64,000 bases of DNA, from assembly GCF_013315695.1 (NCBI RefSeq), contig NZ_CP054353.1; one strand, given 5' to 3'. The position numbers and the translations under genes were made by a program. The notes under the pieces are model-generated. The model was given only the letters and a program-made list of their open reading frames with translations, searched no databases and had not been told where the DNA came from. Below are positions 1 to 14,209 of this stretch, piece after piece. Within the stretch, counting starts at the first letter, position 1, and every line of letters starts with the position of its first letter. The DNA comes from Escherichia coli (GTDB taxonomy: Bacteria > Pseudomonadota > Gammaproteobacteria > Enterobacterales > Enterobacteriaceae).

Positions 1-66
1 ACAGCTGGCAACAGGCAGCGGAAAGGTACGTCAGCTGGCAGTGCTCCTGAACCACAGGAGACGCGT

Positions 67-156
67 ATGAGCCTGGTGGATATCGCCATTCTTATCCTCA
101 AACTCATTGTTGCAGCACTGCAACTGCTTGATGCTGTTCTGAAATACCTGAAGTAA
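67..156 (+). CDS. tisB: TisB type I toxin (29 aa), SOS-induced membrane peptide; window begins inside the tisAB leader
   Basis: ATG at 67, 29 codons translating MSLVDIAILILKLIVAALQLLDAVLKYLK, stop TAA 154-156; near-identical to K-12 TisB as I remember it; followed by a hairpin terminator. Confidence 0.85.
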   Translation: MSLVDIAILILKLIVAALQLLDAVLKYLK

Positions 157-175
157 TTCAGATTCAAGTCGCACT

Positions 176-206
176 AAAGGGGAGCGGGTAACCGCTCCCC
201 TTTCAT
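176..206 (+). terminator. Intrinsic terminator of tisAB
   Basis: GGGGAGCGG / CCGCTCCCC stem with GTAA loop followed by TTT. Confidence 0.7.
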
Positions 207-435
207 ATTTAGCGTGCGGGTTGGTGTCGGATGCAATGCTGATGCATCTTATCCGCCCTACCATCCCTCCCGGCAACATTTATTGCCGCTTTTGTTTACA
301 TATTCTGCCGCTAAACAATTCCCCATTCCTGGCGTATATCTGGCTAACATTTATCAATGTGATAGATTCCTCTCCCGCATTTATGGGAATGCGTAGTGAC
401 TTATTCTAATTATTTTTATAAAAGCATCCGTGATA

Positions 436-1620
436 ATGAAAAGGCATAGAAACGTCAATTTGTTATTGATGTTGGTATTACTCGTGGCCGTCGGTCAGAT
501 GGCGCAAACCATTTATATTCCAGCTATTGCCGATATGGCGCGCGATCTCAACGTCCGTGAAGGGGCGGTGCAGAGCGTAATGGGCGCTTATCTGCTGACT
601 TACGGTGTCTCACAGCTGTTTTATGGCCCGATTTCCGACCGTGTGGGTCGCCGACCGGTGATCCTCGTCGGAATGTCCATTTTTATGCTGGCAACGCTGG
701 TCGCGGTCACGACCTCCAGTTTGACAGTATTGATTGCCGCCAGCGCGATGCAGGGGATGGGCACCGGCGTTGGCGGCGTAATGGCGCGTACTTTGCCGCG
801 TGATTTATATGAACGGACACAGTTGCGCCACGCTAACAGCCTGTTAAACATGGGGATTCTTGTCAGTCCGTTGCTCGCACCGCTAATCGGCGGTCTGCTG
901 GATACGATGTGGAACTGGCGCGCCTGTTATCTCTTTTTGTTGGTACTTTGTGCCGGTGTGACCTTCAGTATGGCCCGCTGGATGCCGGAAACGCGTCCGG
1001 TCGACGCACCGCGCACGCGCCTGCTTACCAGTTATAAAACGCTTTTCGGTAACAGCGGTTTTAACTGTTATTTGCTGATGCTGATTGGCGGTCTGGCCGG
1101 GATTGCCGCCTTTGAAGCCTGCTCCGGCGTGCTGATGGGCGCGGTGTTAGGGCTGAGCAGTATGACGGTCAGTATTTTGTTTATTCTGCCGATTCCGGCA
1201 GCGTTTTTTGGCGCATGGTTTGCCGGACGTCCCAATAAACGCTTCTCCACGTTAATGTGGCAGTCGGTTATCTGCTGCCTGCTGGCTGGCTTGCTAATGT
1301 GGATCCCCGACTGGTTTGGCGTGATGAATGTCTGGACGCTGCTCGTTCCCGCCGCGCTGTTCTTTTTCGGTGCCGGGATGCTGTTTCCGCTGGCGACCAG
1401 CGGCGCGATGGAGCCGTTCCCTTTCCTGGCGGGCACGGCTGGCGCGCTGGTCGGCGGTCTACAAAACATTGGTTCCGGCGTGCTGGCGTCGCTCTCTGCG
1501 ATGTTGCCGCAAACCGGTCAGGGCAGCCTGGGGTTATTGATGACCTTAATGGGATTGTTGATCGTGCTGTGCTGGCTACCGCTGGCGACGCGGATGTCGC
1601 ATCAGGGGCAGCCCGTTTAA
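436..1620 (+). CDS. emrD: MFS multidrug efflux transporter EmrD (394 aa from the ATG at 436; ORF track starts at GTG 430)
   Basis: Translation MKRHRNVNLLLMLVLLVAVGQMAQTIYIPAIADMARDL... matches EmrD as I remember it; 12-TM MFS-like hydrophobic profile. Confidence 0.9.
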   Translation: MKRHRNVNLLLMLVLLVAVGQMAQTIYIPAIADMARDLNVREGAVQSVMGAYLLTYGVSQLFYGPISDRVGRRPVILVGMSIFMLATLVAVTTSSLTVLIAASAMQGMGTGVGGVMARTLPRDLYERTQLRHANSLLNMGILVSPLLAPLIGGLLDTMWNWRACYLFLLVLCAGVTFSMARWMPETRPVDAPRTRLLTSYKTLFGNSGFNCYLLMLIGGLAGIAAFEACSGVLMGAVLGLSSMTVSILFILPIPAAFFGAWFAGRPNKRFSTLMWQSVICCLLAGLLMWIPDWFGVMNVWTLLVPAALFFFGAGMLFPLATSGAMEPFPFLAGTAGALVGGLQNIGSGVLASLSAMLPQTGQGSLGLLMTLMGLLIVLCWLPLATRMSHQGQPV

Positions 1621-1627
1621 GCTCACG

Positions 1628-2125
1628 TCACCGCAGCATCGTCATCAGCTCCATGGGAGAACGATGCTGCTTTATCAGATCACGCATCACCCGCATATGC
1701 GGCGCGGAGTAAGAATAAAACGCCTGATAGCCCGCACAAAGCACGTTGTCTGGCGTCTCCTCCCGAGCGTGCGGGCACAGCCGATGCCAGTCGCACGCCT
1801 GGCAGCCACGGCGCGGTTGCGGGTTTTCGCTGCCACACCATTTTTGTAGGGTGGCGTCAAAAAGCTCAATCGAAATACGACTGATATCTGCCCGTACCCA
1901 ACACTCGAACAGGGCAATTAAAAATTTCCCCCACAGCTCTGCTGTCACCGAAGCGGCCGTCAGATCGCCCCGGTCATCAAATTCAAGATGGGGAATAAGC
2001 TGTACGGAGCGGATACCCCGTTGTTTGAAATTGTGATAAAAATCGGCAGGTTGCAGAGCATCCTTGTACTCTACAACCAGTTTATGCCTGTCCTCTTCAG
2101 CATCAATGACCTGACTTCCTGTCAT
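1628..2125 (-). CDS. yidF: YidF, Cys-rich putative sulfatase-maturating enzyme-like protein (165 aa)
   Basis: 165-aa ORF with a C-terminal cysteine cluster (CxxC..C); position between emrD and yidG as in K-12. Confidence 0.75.
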   Translation of the reverse strand: MTGSQVIDAEEDRHKLVVEYKDALQPADFYHNFKQRGIRSVQLIPHLEFDDRGDLTAASVTAELWGKFLIALFECWVRADISRISIELFDATLQKWCGSENPQPRRGCQACDWHRLCPHAREETPDNVLCAGYQAFYSYSAPHMRVMRDLIKQHRSPMELMTMLR

Positions 2126-2484
2126 GCGACTCTCTCAATAAATACGATAAGTTGATGTATATGCGTTACAGCAAACAGTATTGCGAGAGATAACACCGCG
2201 AGGGAGATCAAAAATTTGTCACGGACTACGTGAAATTGGGAAAAATCGCTATTCGTGACATCCATTAAATTGCGATTACGGGTGTAGTGCCAGAGGATCA
2301 GCGCCACAATGGCGAGAATGCCAATCGAAATCCAGAATAACATGCCCGCCTGGTGCCAGTTGTGTTTGATAGCCAACGCCATCAACGCGCCGTAGCCCAG
2401 CATGGTACGAAACCACGCCAGTGATGTACGCTCCGGCTGCAGCCCTGGGTCGGCAATGCGTCTGGCTTTGCGGCTATCCGGCAT
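2122..2484 (-). CDS. yidG: Inner membrane protein YidG (120 aa)
   Basis: Small hydrophobic ORF overlapping yidF and yidH by a few nt; K-12 synteny. Confidence 0.75.
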   Translation of the reverse strand: MPDSRKARRIADPGLQPERTSLAWFRTMLGYGALMALAIKHNWHQAGMLFWISIGILAIVALILWHYTRNRNLMDVTNSDFSQFHVVRDKFLISLAVLSLAILFAVTHIHQLIVFIERVA

Positions 2485-2821
2485 ACAACACCAGTCCCAT
2501 AACGATCACCGCTACGACCATCAATATTAAGCTGATGATTAATAAGCTGTTGGTGTAGGGCAGGTCCTCTTTCAGACGCATCGCTTTTTCATTGCGTAAC
2601 CAGCGCAGGTAGCCATACATCGCTAACCCGCCGGAAAACAGACACAACAACAACGCCAGCAGTTCGCGAATGACGGGCGTGGCGAAATCTGGCGCAAGTT
2701 GATCAAGCCCAACCCCCGCCGCCAGAAAGCCTAGTGCGGTACGGATCCACGCCAGAAAAGTACGCTCATTAGCCAGCGAGAAGCGATAATCAGGTGCTTC
2801 TCCGAGGCGGGAAATTTTCAT
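2474..2821 (-). CDS. yidH: Inner membrane protein YidH (115 aa)
   Basis: Small membrane ORF, K-12 synteny. Confidence 0.75.
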   Translation of the reverse strand: MKISRLGEAPDYRFSLANERTFLAWIRTALGFLAAGVGLDQLAPDFATPVIRELLALLLCLFSGGLAMYGYLRWLRNEKAMRLKEDLPYTNSLLIISLILMVVAVIVMGLVLYAG

Positions 2822-2928
2822 TGTTGCTCCTTTGCAATTTCACTAACGCTCTACCTTTAGCGGTTTTTTTAAGAATTTCGTCCACCCGTTTCCTGATATG
2901 CTTTTGCCATCCGCTACAAGGAGGTCAG

Positions 2929-3378
2929 ATGGGTATCATAGCGCAAAATAAAATCAGTTCATTGGGCATGCTGTTCGGTGCCATCGCTTTAATAATGGGG
3001 ATTATCCATTTTTCATTCGGCCCTTTTTCCGCACCACCGCCAACGCTTGAAAGCATCGTGGCGGACAAAACGGCTGAAATTAAAAGAGGTCTTCTCGCCG
3101 GAATAAAAGGCGAAAAAATTACCACCGTGGAGAAAAAAGAGGACGTAGATGTCGATAAAATCCTCGATCAAAGCGGTATCGCACTGGCCATTGCTGCGCT
3201 ACTTTGCGCATTTATTGGCGGTATGCGTAAGGAAAATCGCTGGGGCATTCACGGCGCGCTGGTTTTTGGCGGCGGGACGCTGGCTTTCCATACCTTGCTT
3301 TTTGGTATCGGCATCGTGTGCAGCATTTTGCTGATATTCCTTATCTTTTCCTTCCTGACCGGCGGTTCACTGGTTTAA
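2929..3378 (+). CDS. yidI: Inner membrane protein YidI (149 aa from ATG 2929, preceded by GGAGG)
   Basis: SD GGAGG then ATG; hydrophobic 149-aa product; longer ORF-track start at 2794 lacks an SD. Confidence 0.75.
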   Translation: MGIIAQNKISSLGMLFGAIALIMGIIHFSFGPFSAPPPTLESIVADKTAEIKRGLLAGIKGEKITTVEKKEDVDVDKILDQSGIALAIAALLCAFIGGMRKENRWGIHGALVFGGGTLAFHTLLFGIGIVCSILLIFLIFSFLTGGSLV

Positions 3379-3386
3379 GCAGCCTG

Positions 3387-3422
3387 AATAATGCCCGCCG
3401 GGTGTTCATCAGCGGGCATTAT
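3387..3422. terminator. Bidirectional hairpin between convergent yidI and yidJ
   Basis: AATAATGCCCGC ... GCGGGCATTAT inverted repeat with 13-nt loop. Confidence 0.6.
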
Positions 3423-3424
3423 CG

Positions 3425-4910
3425 TCAGAACTTCTGTTTTTTCTCTTCCACCTTCACCCCTTGTGTCGGTAGGCCGGTGTCATAGTCGCGTACCACTGGC
3501 GAATAGCCATCTTGTGGGCGTGGACGAAACGCCCCCATCCAGCGCGGTCGTGCATCTTTACGCCACGGACGCAGACTCCACTGGTAACTGCGGAACGGAT
3601 CGCGAATTTTATCCATGTAATCCAATAAGGCGTCATGCATTTTGCGGCGAACGTCGGCAAAACGGATATCATCTATCAGGTTATGCATTTCATTTGAATC
3701 ATTACGGCGATCGTAAAGTTCATCACTGGTGAAGAGGTTGAGCACCAGTTTAAAGTCATCCGTCACCCAGCAACGCACCGGAATAAAACCGCCAAAGCTG
3801 TCATGCTCAATCTCGTAGCGGTTAAATTCCACCATTACACCGCGTGGCTCTTTCACGGCAAGGATATTTTCCCCCGGCAGAATCTCTGGTTTTTCAATAT
3901 CTGCCAGCGCCATCATTGTCGGCAGTAAATCGATATGACTGACTGGCGTATCGACCTGTCGCCGCTCCCCTTGCGGCGAACGGATGATCAGCGGAATGCG
4001 GGTGATGTCGTCATACATCGCCGCTCCTTTACTGATCAGCTTATGTGCGCCCATCATTTCGCCGTGATCGGAGGTATAAATGACCCACGTATTTTCACGT
4101 TGCTCTGACGTTAAGGCATTGATGACCCGTCCGATTTGGTCATCAACAAAGTCATTGCAGGCAAAATAGAGCGGATGGTGATAAAGCCCGTCATCACCGA
4201 CTGGCGATGGCATCGCCTGCGCCCATAAGCGGTGATGTTCCGGTTTGTTCGCCAGGTCATCCTGTGATTTCTCGCCAAGTTCGTAGTAAAAATCAGCGTA
4301 TTTCTCTAAATACTCCACCGGACAGGTGAACGGGTGATGCGGCTCATCATACGAAACCACCATCAGGAAGGGTTCCTCGGCGCGCGCGGGCTGTTGCAGA
4401 AAATCTACCGCCCGATTGCTGATGCGGTGCGCCCAGGTGAAGGTTTCGTCGATATGGTTCGCCTGTAAATCCTCAACGCTGTTTAGGCCATTGCGCCACA
4501 GGCTGATCTCTTTTTCCGTCAGTTCGCTAAGGTAGTTCGCCCCATCGAACCAGTAATCAGCGTCCCACTCCGGCGGACACTCGCCAGTGCCGAAATAGTC
4601 ATGACCGTCGAGATGCCATTTGCCGATGTAACAGGTGTGATAGCCCGCATCCTTAAAGTAGCGTCCCATAGTGGAGATGTTTTTGCCCGGCGCGACGTTG
4701 TTGGTCCACGGGCCGGACTGGTTAGCGTAGATACCGGTAAACAGCCCGGCGCGCGCTGGTGTACAAACCGGTGAACAGGTGTAGGCGGAATTAAAGCGAA
4801 TACTTTCCACTATCAATATTTTGCGTATTCAGCGGCTTACCGCTATAGCAACCGACCATATTGGTGGCCTGGGTATCGGTCATGATGAACAGAAAATTGG
4901 GGCGTTTCAT
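3425..4910 (-). pseudogene. yidJ: Cys-type sulfatase YidJ, reading frame broken near the N-terminus
   Basis: ATG at 4910-4908 (overlapping the yidK stop) opens a frame encoding MKRPNFLFIMTDTQATNMVGCYSGKPLNTQNID... that stops at 4793-4791; the rest of the sulfatase (CSPVCTPAR active-site motif onward) is in another frame, open only from about 4828 and reported from TTG 4816 to 3425. The two frames overlap within about 4791-4828. Confidence 0.7.
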
Positions 4911-6622
4911 AGGCTATCCTTCGCGTCGGGAGTAAAGGTTACGGCTGGGTCGTGACGATGCCGCCAGCTGTCAAAAATCAGGTAGACAATCACTACGGCA
5001 GCGATGAAATAACTGATCATCGCTAACCAGCGCGTACCGTAGCCGCCGAATTCAGCCAGCCCGGCATAGACGCCAATCATAGCGAACAGGATGCCAATTG
5101 ACGCGATCTTGACGTTTTTCCACGGTTTCATGTCCACCGCAAACGCATCTTTGAAGGTGAACGGCGTGGCGCGCGGTTTGATAAAACCGATCACCAGCAT
5201 CACGACCACGTTGATGCAGAACGTACAGGCCAGCACATAGAGGAAATGGAAGTCGAACTTCACCAGATAGTTGATGGTGATGTAGCTGATTATGCCAATC
5301 CCCATCGCCACTTTTGCCGCCAGCGCTGGAATGCGCGGGAAGAAAAAGCCCATAATGATGATGGTAACCAGCGGCACGTTGTAAATGCCGTTGAGCTGTT
5401 TCATCCAGCTATACAGCCCCTGCGGCGCGTTGGCGATCCACGGCGCTACCAGCACCGAAACGATGGCGATAAAGAAACCAAATTTGCGCCCGACGGTGAC
5501 CAGCTGCTGCGGCTCGGCATTCTGGTTAATGATGCGACGGTAAATACCCATACTGAATAACGTACTGGCGCTATTCAGAAAGCCGTTGAAGGTACTGATC
5601 ACCGCACCAAATAACACCGCGCCGAAGAAACCCACCAGTGGCACTGGCAGAACGTTATTGACCAGCGTCGGGTAGGCCATGTCGGCTTTCGGTAGATCCT
5701 GATACAGATGAAACGCAATCAACCCTGGCAGCACCAGTACCAGCGGGTCGAGCATTTTCAGCACCGCCGTTAACAGCGCCCCCTTTTGCCCTTCCGCCAG
5801 GCTTTTTGACGCCAGCGTGCGTTGCACGATGCCCTGATTTGTACACCAGTAAAAGGTGTTCACCAGAATCAAACCGGTAAATGCCGCGCCAATCGGCAAG
5901 GGATCGGTCGGGCCACCGACTGAGTTTAATTTCTCGGCGTGAACGGTGGTGAGTTGCTCAATGCCCTGCATAAAGCTGCCCTTGCCCATCGCGATCAGGC
6001 CAAATATCGGCACCATCAACCCGCCAATAACCAGCCCAATACCGTTGATGGAGTCCGCCACTGCCATTGCGCGCAGTCCGCCGATCACCGCATACAAAAT
6101 TCCCGCCAGACCAAGCAAAATTACCAATAGCCAGATAGCCGCACCGTGAGAAATCTGTAGCGATTCCCCGACGTGAAACAGGCTGTTGAGCGCCAACGCG
6201 CCGGAGTAGAGAACAATCGGCAGAAAGCAGACGCCGGTGGCAATGAGGAAGCAGAAGTCGATGATAATACGCGTCGTTTTATCATAACGTTCCTCCAGAA
6301 AATCGGGGATGGTGGCAATGCCGCGCTTCAGATAGCGCGGTAAAAAGATTAGCGCGAGGAAGATCAGCGTCACTGCAGAGGTGACTTCCCAGCCCATCAC
6401 CGACATGCCGCTTTTGTAGGCCTGCCCGGAAAGGCCGACCAGTTGTTCCGTGGAAAGGTTGGTTAGCATTAACGAAGCGGCAATAACCGGCGCTTTTAGT
6501 GAACGTCCGGCAAGAAAATAGCCTTGTTGCGATCCGGTATCTGTTTTACGGACCTTCCACCAGGTGATGATCGCCACCAGCAGCGTAAAACCGACAAAAC
6601 TCAAGATTTGTAACGAATTCAT
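4907..6622 (-). CDS. yidK: Sodium:solute symporter family transporter YidK (571 aa)
   Basis: 571-aa polytopic membrane protein; K-12 synteny between yidJ and yidL. Confidence 0.85.
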   Translation of the reverse strand: MNSLQILSFVGFTLLVAIITWWKVRKTDTGSQQGYFLAGRSLKAPVIAASLMLTNLSTEQLVGLSGQAYKSGMSVMGWEVTSAVTLIFLALIFLPRYLKRGIATIPDFLEERYDKTTRIIIDFCFLIATGVCFLPIVLYSGALALNSLFHVGESLQISHGAAIWLLVILLGLAGILYAVIGGLRAMAVADSINGIGLVIGGLMVPIFGLIAMGKGSFMQGIEQLTTVHAEKLNSVGGPTDPLPIGAAFTGLILVNTFYWCTNQGIVQRTLASKSLAEGQKGALLTAVLKMLDPLVLVLPGLIAFHLYQDLPKADMAYPTLVNNVLPVPLVGFFGAVLFGAVISTFNGFLNSASTLFSMGIYRRIINQNAEPQQLVTVGRKFGFFIAIVSVLVAPWIANAPQGLYSWMKQLNGIYNVPLVTIIIMGFFFPRIPALAAKVAMGIGIISYITINYLVKFDFHFLYVLACTFCINVVVMLVIGFIKPRATPFTFKDAFAVDMKPWKNVKIASIGILFAMIGVYAGLAEFGGYGTRWLAMISYFIAAVVIVYLIFDSWRHRHDPAVTFTPDAKDSL

Positions 6623-6788
6623 CTCATAGCCCTTATTTATGTTTATGTCCCGGACGCATGAATATAGGGAGAGGTAAAATGCGTCGGGTCAGGCAGTCAG
6701 ATTCTTAAAATACAAACATCGTATCCCTGAACGGATTGTTTTCTGTTAAGTTCAGGTTGTGAGCATAATTCGCCGGAGGGATATTAAA

Positions 6789-10617
<3,829 letters not shown>

Positions 10618-10912
10618 TTCCACATCCTCTTTTCTCAATTCTGTAAGTAGGAAGCCTGATTGGTTATGCGGCAGGCCTGGAGCGAGGATAGGAAGATGCG
10701 ATCGGCAGAACATGACGACCCAATGGGATTCGTGATCGCTTTCATGCTTTTCGTTGGGCGGTAGAGATCTACGTTTTCGCAAAAAAGTAGACATCTGTGA
10801 GCACTGGTACACAGCAACGAACACATCTTTAAAAAAAAGATGTTTTTTCAATCGATTAAGCAGAACTTGTGGGCGCATTACCCGGGCTTGCAGGCAAAAA
10901 AGAGATCTAGAG

Positions 10913-11200
10913 ATGATCTACAAAAGCATTGCGGAGCGGTTAAGAATTCGACTTAACTCCGCGGATTTCACGCTAAACAGCCTTCTTCCCGGTGAAAAAA
11001 AGCTGGCGGAAGAGTTTGCGGTATCGCGGATGACCATCCGTAAAGACATTGACCTGCTGGTAGCGTGGGGGCTGGTGGTCCGCCGCCACGGTAGCGGCAC
11101 TTACCTGGTGCGCAAAGATGTACTGCATCAAACCGCCAGCCTGACCGGGCTGGTGGAGGTGTTAAAACGCCAGGGAAAAACGGTCACCAGCCAGGTGTAA
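10913..11200 (+). pseudogene. yidP: GntR-family regulator YidP, N-terminal 95 codons only; truncated by IS4, whose terminal TAA supplies the stop
   Basis: Winged-helix GntR motif (LPGEKKLAEEFAVSRMTIRKDIDLLVAWGLV); ORF ends exactly at the IS4 inverted repeat at 11198. Confidence 0.8.
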
Positions 11201-12623
11201 TGCCAGTCAGTTAAGCAACTGACTGGCTCTTTTTCGGGGCTGTGGGGTATTTCCAGGGCCTCTCCTTTACCACTCTCGGGAAGGCCCTTTCCCTTCTTGT
11301 CGGTAATTTCACAAGTTGTCCCATACTTGCAAGATCGCGCATCAGCTCCGGTATACGTCCCGGTGAAGCGCCCTGCAATGTCATCAGCATTCTCATCACC
11401 ATTCCGCATGATTCTGAGAAACTCAGTTGATTCGGCCAGTAACCTTTCAGATGTTCCGCCATTTTAATCATCTGATATCTCACCAGATTATAAGCCAGTA
11501 AGACACCCCACAGCTCTTGCTCCACAAGCTCCGGTTTTTTACTTCTCAGCGTCAGCCTGCTCAGTTGCATCGTCTGTTTTATCTCCCTGTATCCCAGTTC
11601 GATTTCCCAGCGATGACTGTACAGATCCGCCATTTCTCCTCCGGGGAAGCGCATGGCGTCCGTCATCGACGTCAGCAGATGGCAGACTTTTCCTTTGCGC
11701 GTCACGGTCAGCAGGCGGGCTGTCACTTCATTTCCCAGTCCCGGCCACTTTTTTCGTGCCTGCGGGCTGGTTTTCAGCTTCACCAGATGATCGCCTTTAC
11801 CCAGTTTTCTGATCTCTTCATATTGCGCTCCCTTTCTGAGAGGTATCATCCAGTGGCGGTGTTCTCCCGCCAGGCTCCAGGCATTTAACAGTCCCAGTGA
11901 GTAATAACCTTTATCCATTAACGTCAGAGTGTTATCGCCGGTTTGTTCTATAAGTTGCTCAGCAAGCTCATTTTCGCTGTTCTTCATCGTGCCGAAGGCT
12001 GCAGCCGTCAGCAGATGGCTGGTCAGTTCCATCTGGCAGACCATTTTGACCTGCGGGTAGAGCGCCGGGTTCCCGGCATGTGTCTGGCGGGGGAAGGCTG
12101 CATCGTTCTCTGGTGTATCCGGTGTGCGCCAGAACACACCATCGATGGCCAGCAGGGTCAGGCCGCACCAGTGCGGATGCGGCGTGGCGTTATGCCAGAG
12201 CTGCGCTGTTTTCGTGAACACGCGGCGGACAGCCTCACTTCCCAGGCGCTGGCGGGCCTGAATAACGGCACTGGGGGCAACGAAGGGGCGATTGCCCGGC
12301 AGCATGATGTCCAGGCGATTCACAATCTGGTGAAGAGGTTCTTTACGCTCAAGCGCCATGCCAACAATACACCAGACCATCATTTCGAGGGGAAGACGGC
12401 GCTTGCGTAGCGTTACAGTACCTGATTCGGCAAGGCAACGAGAGATGAGTTCGGGGTCGAGGTAATCCCCCAGAGAAGTCAGTGGGTTACGCAGAGAATC
12501 GTAACGGGATACCAGATCAAGAGCCTGTCCAATGTGCATAAAAAAATCCGGAAACAAGTGAGCGTTTCCGGATTCTTACACAGCCACTGGATCGGTCAAC
12601 TGATCCTTAACTGATCGGCATTA
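11198..12623 (-). mobile_element. Complete IS4 insertion sequence (1426 bp) with imperfect 18-bp terminal inverted repeats
   Basis: Ends TAATGCCAGTCAGTTAAG (11198-) and CTTAACTGATCGGCATTA (-12623) match each other at 16 of 18 positions; 1426 bp total; contains an IS4-type transposase. The 12 bp flanking each side are unrelated (no target-site duplication). Confidence 0.9.
11211..12539 (-). CDS. insG: IS4 transposase (442 aa from [10 protein letters not shown]...)
   Basis: Translation matches the IS4 transposase as I remember it; ORF-track start at 12557 is 6 codons upstream. Confidence 0.9.
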   Translation of the reverse strand: MHIGQALDLVSRYDSLRNPLTSLGDYLDPELISRCLAESGTVTLRKRRLPLEMMVWCIVGMALERKEPLHQIVNRLDIMLPGNRPFVAPSAVIQARQRLGSEAVRRVFTKTAQLWHNATPHPHWCGLTLLAIDGVFWRTPDTPENDAAFPRQTHAGNPALYPQVKMVCQMELTSHLLTAAAFGTMKNSENELAEQLIEQTGDNTLTLMDKGYYSLGLLNAWSLAGEHRHWMIPLRKGAQYEEIRKLGKGDHLVKLKTSPQARKKWPGLGNEVTARLLTVTRKGKVCHLLTSMTDAMRFPGGEMADLYSHRWEIELGYREIKQTMQLSRLTLRSKKPELVEQELWGVLLAYNLVRYQMIKMAEHLKGYWPNQLSFSESCGMVMRMLMTLQGASPGRIPELMRDLASMGQLVKLPTRRERAFPRVVKERPWKYPTAPKKSQSVA

Positions 12624-12712
12624 CCCCCCTTTGAGACTATTTTAGCCACCAGCAAGAAACGTCTATACTCGCAATTTACGCAGAACTTTTGACGAAAGGA
12701 CGCCACTTCATT

Positions 12713-14209
12713 ATGGCTCACCCTCATTTATTAGCGGAAAGAATTTCCCGCCTGAGCAGTTCGTTGGAAAAGGGGCTTTATGAACGTAGCCACGCCATCC
12801 GCTTGTGTTTATTAGCGGCATTAAGTGGTGAAAGTGTGTTCCTCCTTGGCCCGCCAGGTATTGCCAAAAGTTTGATCGCCCGGCGCTTAAAATTCGCCTT
12901 TCAGAATGCCCGCGCGTTTGAATATCTGATGACTCGCTTCTCCACGCCGGAAGAGGTTTTTGGTCCCCTTTCTATTCAGGCGCTAAAAGATGAAGGGCGC
13001 TATGAACGTTTAACCAGCGGTTACCTGCCGGAAGCAGAAATCGTCTTTCTGGATGAGATCTGGAAAGCGGGTCCGGCAATTCTTAATACCCTGCTCACCG
13101 CCATTAACGAGCGCCAGTTCCGCAACGGTGCACACGTAGAAAAAATCCCGATGCGCCTGCTGGTGGCGGCCTCCAACGAGCTGCCGGAAGCAGACAGCAG
13201 TCTGGAAGCGTTATATGACCGCATGCTGATTCGTCTGTGGTTAGATAAAGTGCAGGATAAAGCGAATTTCCGCTCCATGCTGACCAGTAAACAGGATGAA
13301 AACGACAATCCGGTTCCTGCCTCCTTGCAGGTCACAGATGAAGAATATGAACGCTGGCAGAAAGAGATTGGTGAAATTACGCTGCCCGATCATGTATTTG
13401 AGCTGATTTTTATGCTGCGCCAGCAACTGGATAAATTACCGGATGCGCCTTATGTCTCGGATCGTCGCTGGAAAAAAGCGATTCGATTATTGCAGGCCAG
13501 CGCCTTTTTTAGCGGTCGCAGTGCTGTTGCCCCGGTTGATCTCATTTTGCTGAAAGATTGCCTGTGGTATGACGCGCAAAGCCTGAATTTGATACAACAA
13601 CAAATCGATGTATTGATGACCGGTCATGCCTGGCAACAGCAAGGGATGTTGACCCGCCTGGGCGCGATTGTGCAACGTCACCTGCAACTACAGCAGCAAC
13701 AAAGCGATAAAACAGCCTTAACGGTAATTCGTCTGGGCGGCATTTTCAGCCGTCGTCAGCAGTATCAACTCCCTGTTAACGTTACTGCTTCCACTCTGAC
13801 TCTGCTGCTGCAAAAACCGTTAAAACTGCATGATATGGAAGTGGTTCATATCACCTTTGAGCGTAGCGCGCTGGAACAGTGGCTGAGCAAAGGTGGTGAA
13901 ATTCGCGGCAAACTAAACGGTATCGGCTTTGCCCAGAAACTGAATCTGGAAGTTGATAGCACCCAACATCTTGTTGTACGCGATGTAAGTTTACAAGGCA
14001 GTACGCTGGCACTTCCCGGTTCATCGGCTGAAGGTCTGCCAGGTGAAATAAAACAACAACTGGAAGAGCTTGAAAGCGACTGGCGCAAGCAACACGCTTT
14101 ATTCAGCGAACAGCAAAAATGTCTGTTTATCCCTGGCGACTGGTTAGGTCGCATTGAAGCCAGCCTACAGGATGTCGGTGCACAGATTCGCCAGGCGCAA
14201 CAATGCTAA
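12713..14209 (+). CDS. ravA: AAA+ ATPase RavA (498 aa from [11 protein letters not shown]...)
   Basis: Walker A GPPGIAKS, Walker B LDEIW; K-12 synteny with viaA. Confidence 0.9.
   Translation: MAHPHLLAERISRLSSSLEKGLYERSHAIRLCLLAALSGESVFLLGPPGIAKSLIARRLKFAFQNARAFEYLMTRFSTPEEVFGPLSIQALKDEGRYERLTSGYLPEAEIVFLDEIWKAGPAILNTLLTAINERQFRNGAHVEKIPMRLLVAASNELPEADSSLEALYDRMLIRLWLDKVQDKANFRSMLTSKQDENDNPVPASLQVTDEEYERWQKEIGEITLPDHVFELIFMLRQQLDKLPDAPYVSDRRWKKAIRLLQASAFFSGRSAVAPVDLILLKDCLWYDAQSLNLIQQQIDVLMTGHAWQQQGMLTRLGAIVQRHLQLQQQQSDKTALTVIRLGGIFSRRQQYQLPVNVTASTLTLLLQKPLKLHDMEVVHITFERSALEQWLSKGGEIRGKLNGIGFAQKLNLEVDSTQHLVVRDVSLQGSTLALPGSSAEGLPGEIKQQLEELESDWRKQHALFSEQQKCLFIPGDWLGRIEASLQDVGAQIRQAQQC

Noticed and set aside
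31-279. 82-aa minus-strand ORF
   Set aside because: Overlaps tisB and its terminator antisense; no SD; tisB on the plus strand explains the region.
10754-10912. N-terminal extension of the yidP ORF (ORF track starts at 10754)
   Set aside because: The GntR homology and a plausible start begin at ATG 10913; the extension lies in the divergent promoter region.
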